From: Candidatus Algichlamydia australiensis
Lineage (GTDB): Bacteria > Chlamydiota > Chlamydiia > Chlamydiales > JAJFMI01
Assembly: GCA_033977065.1 (NCBI GenBank)
Contig: JAXCHI010000006.1
Location: forward strand, 1-48,532
DNA: 48,532 nucleotides
Direction of reading: 5' to 3'
The notes beneath the pieces are model-generated. The model made no database searches. It was not told the origin of the DNA and saw only the letters and a list, made by a program, of their open reading frames with translations. The stretch's first letter is position 1. Every line of letters begins with the position of its first letter. Made by a program: the position numbers and the translations under genes. This document shows positions 48,003 through 48,532 of this stretch, in pieces.

Positions 48003-48473
48003 ATGAAGAGTGAACGACTTAAGAAACTAGAATCCGAATTAAACGATCTGAAAAACTGGCTTGACCTTGGTCTTGTCCCAAAAAAAGATGAACAAAAACA
48101 TCAGGCAGAGATCGACGCAATTGCTAAAAAGATCCATGAAGAGAAAGAGCGACTCTCTTATCTCAAGGAGAATGGAGATCAAGAGGAGTACACAGCTCCT
48201 AAGCGCTCAAAAGAGGCGCGCTCTACAATCGATCAGCCCACAATCTCTGATGTAGGAGGAACAACCTCTGATAGCTCAGAAGAGTCAACAGAGACGGGTG
48301 TTGAGATGGAGACGTCTACTGGAGTGGCTGCAGAGACTTCTACTGGCTGGGATGAGAGTGACGAGACTTCTGAAGAGAAGACAATCGTTGAAGATGATGA
48401 AGATGATCCATTTAGCGATAAGAACCGCTGGCGCCGCGGGATACTTGCCGATCCTGAAAGCGATAGCTGGTAG
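48003..48473 (+). CDS. Chlamydiae-conserved acidic protein (CT053-like)
   Basis: MKSERLKKLESEL...LGLVPKK...EEKERL and DPFSDKNRWRRG. It lies between sucA and hemN, as I recall for C. trachomatis CT053. Confidence 0.75.
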   Translation: MKSERLKKLESELNDLKNWLDLGLVPKKDEQKHQAEIDAIAKKIHEEKERLSYLKENGDQEEYTAPKRSKEARSTIDQPTISDVGGTTSDSSEESTETGVEMETSTGVAAETSTGWDESDETSEEKTIVEDDEDDPFSDKNRWRRGILADPESDSW

Positions 48474-48532
48474 TGCTCACCTACGTCCATATTCCCTTTT
48501 GCTCGAAAAAATGCCCCTACTGTCACTTCTTT
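48473..48532 (+). CDS. Radical SAM HemN/HemW-family protein, 5' fragment (not in the ORF track)
   Basis: GTG overlapping the upstream TAG reads MLTYVHIPFCSKKCPYCHF, the YxHIPFCxxxCxYC motif. Confidence 0.85.
   Translation, partial: MLTYVHIPFCSKKCPYCHFF

Noticed and set aside
25466..48526. Many 60-160-aa antisense or nested ORFs (e.g. 25466-25849, 34182-34559, 42231-42704, 48233-48526)
   Set aside because: They are shadow frames of well-supported genes with no recognisable motifs.
1..48532. tRNA, rRNA, tmRNA or intact IS transposase
   Set aside because: No cloverleaf, rRNA-like segment or transposase ORF was recognised by eye; a covariance-model scan was not run.

Overview
A 48.5 kb chromosomal segment of a Chlamydiota bacterium, most likely an environmental (non-Chlamydiaceae) lineage. 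The assignment rests on a Pkn1-type kinase/FGE fusion, the short chlamydial RodZ next to rnhC, the sucB-sucA-CT053-like-hemN/hemW order and a MOMP-like porin. The backbone is housekeeping: dnaN, fbaB, oppBCDF, ispH, murJ, rnhC, recN, gatCAB, an RND efflux trio, xerD, adk, iscA-fdx-lpdA-sucBA. Small AT-rich accessory patches interrupt it. No rRNA, tRNA, CRISPR array or intact transposase was seen. Most notable: (1) a tandem pair of putative secreted effectors sharing an unrecognised N-terminal module, one carrying an OTU deubiquitinase-like Cys/His core, the other acidic and disordered with LIR-like motifs; (2) at least three families of 160-200 bp fold-back MITE-like elements, one with two identical copies, one of which has rewritten a gene's C-terminus; (3) a 20-bp-periodic TGTCAC array filling the leader of a wHTH-Fic gene with a non-canonical active site; (4) a recurring leaderless-promoter layout; (5) a triplet of diverged paralogous membrane proteins. 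All calls come from reading the sequence; no database searches were run.
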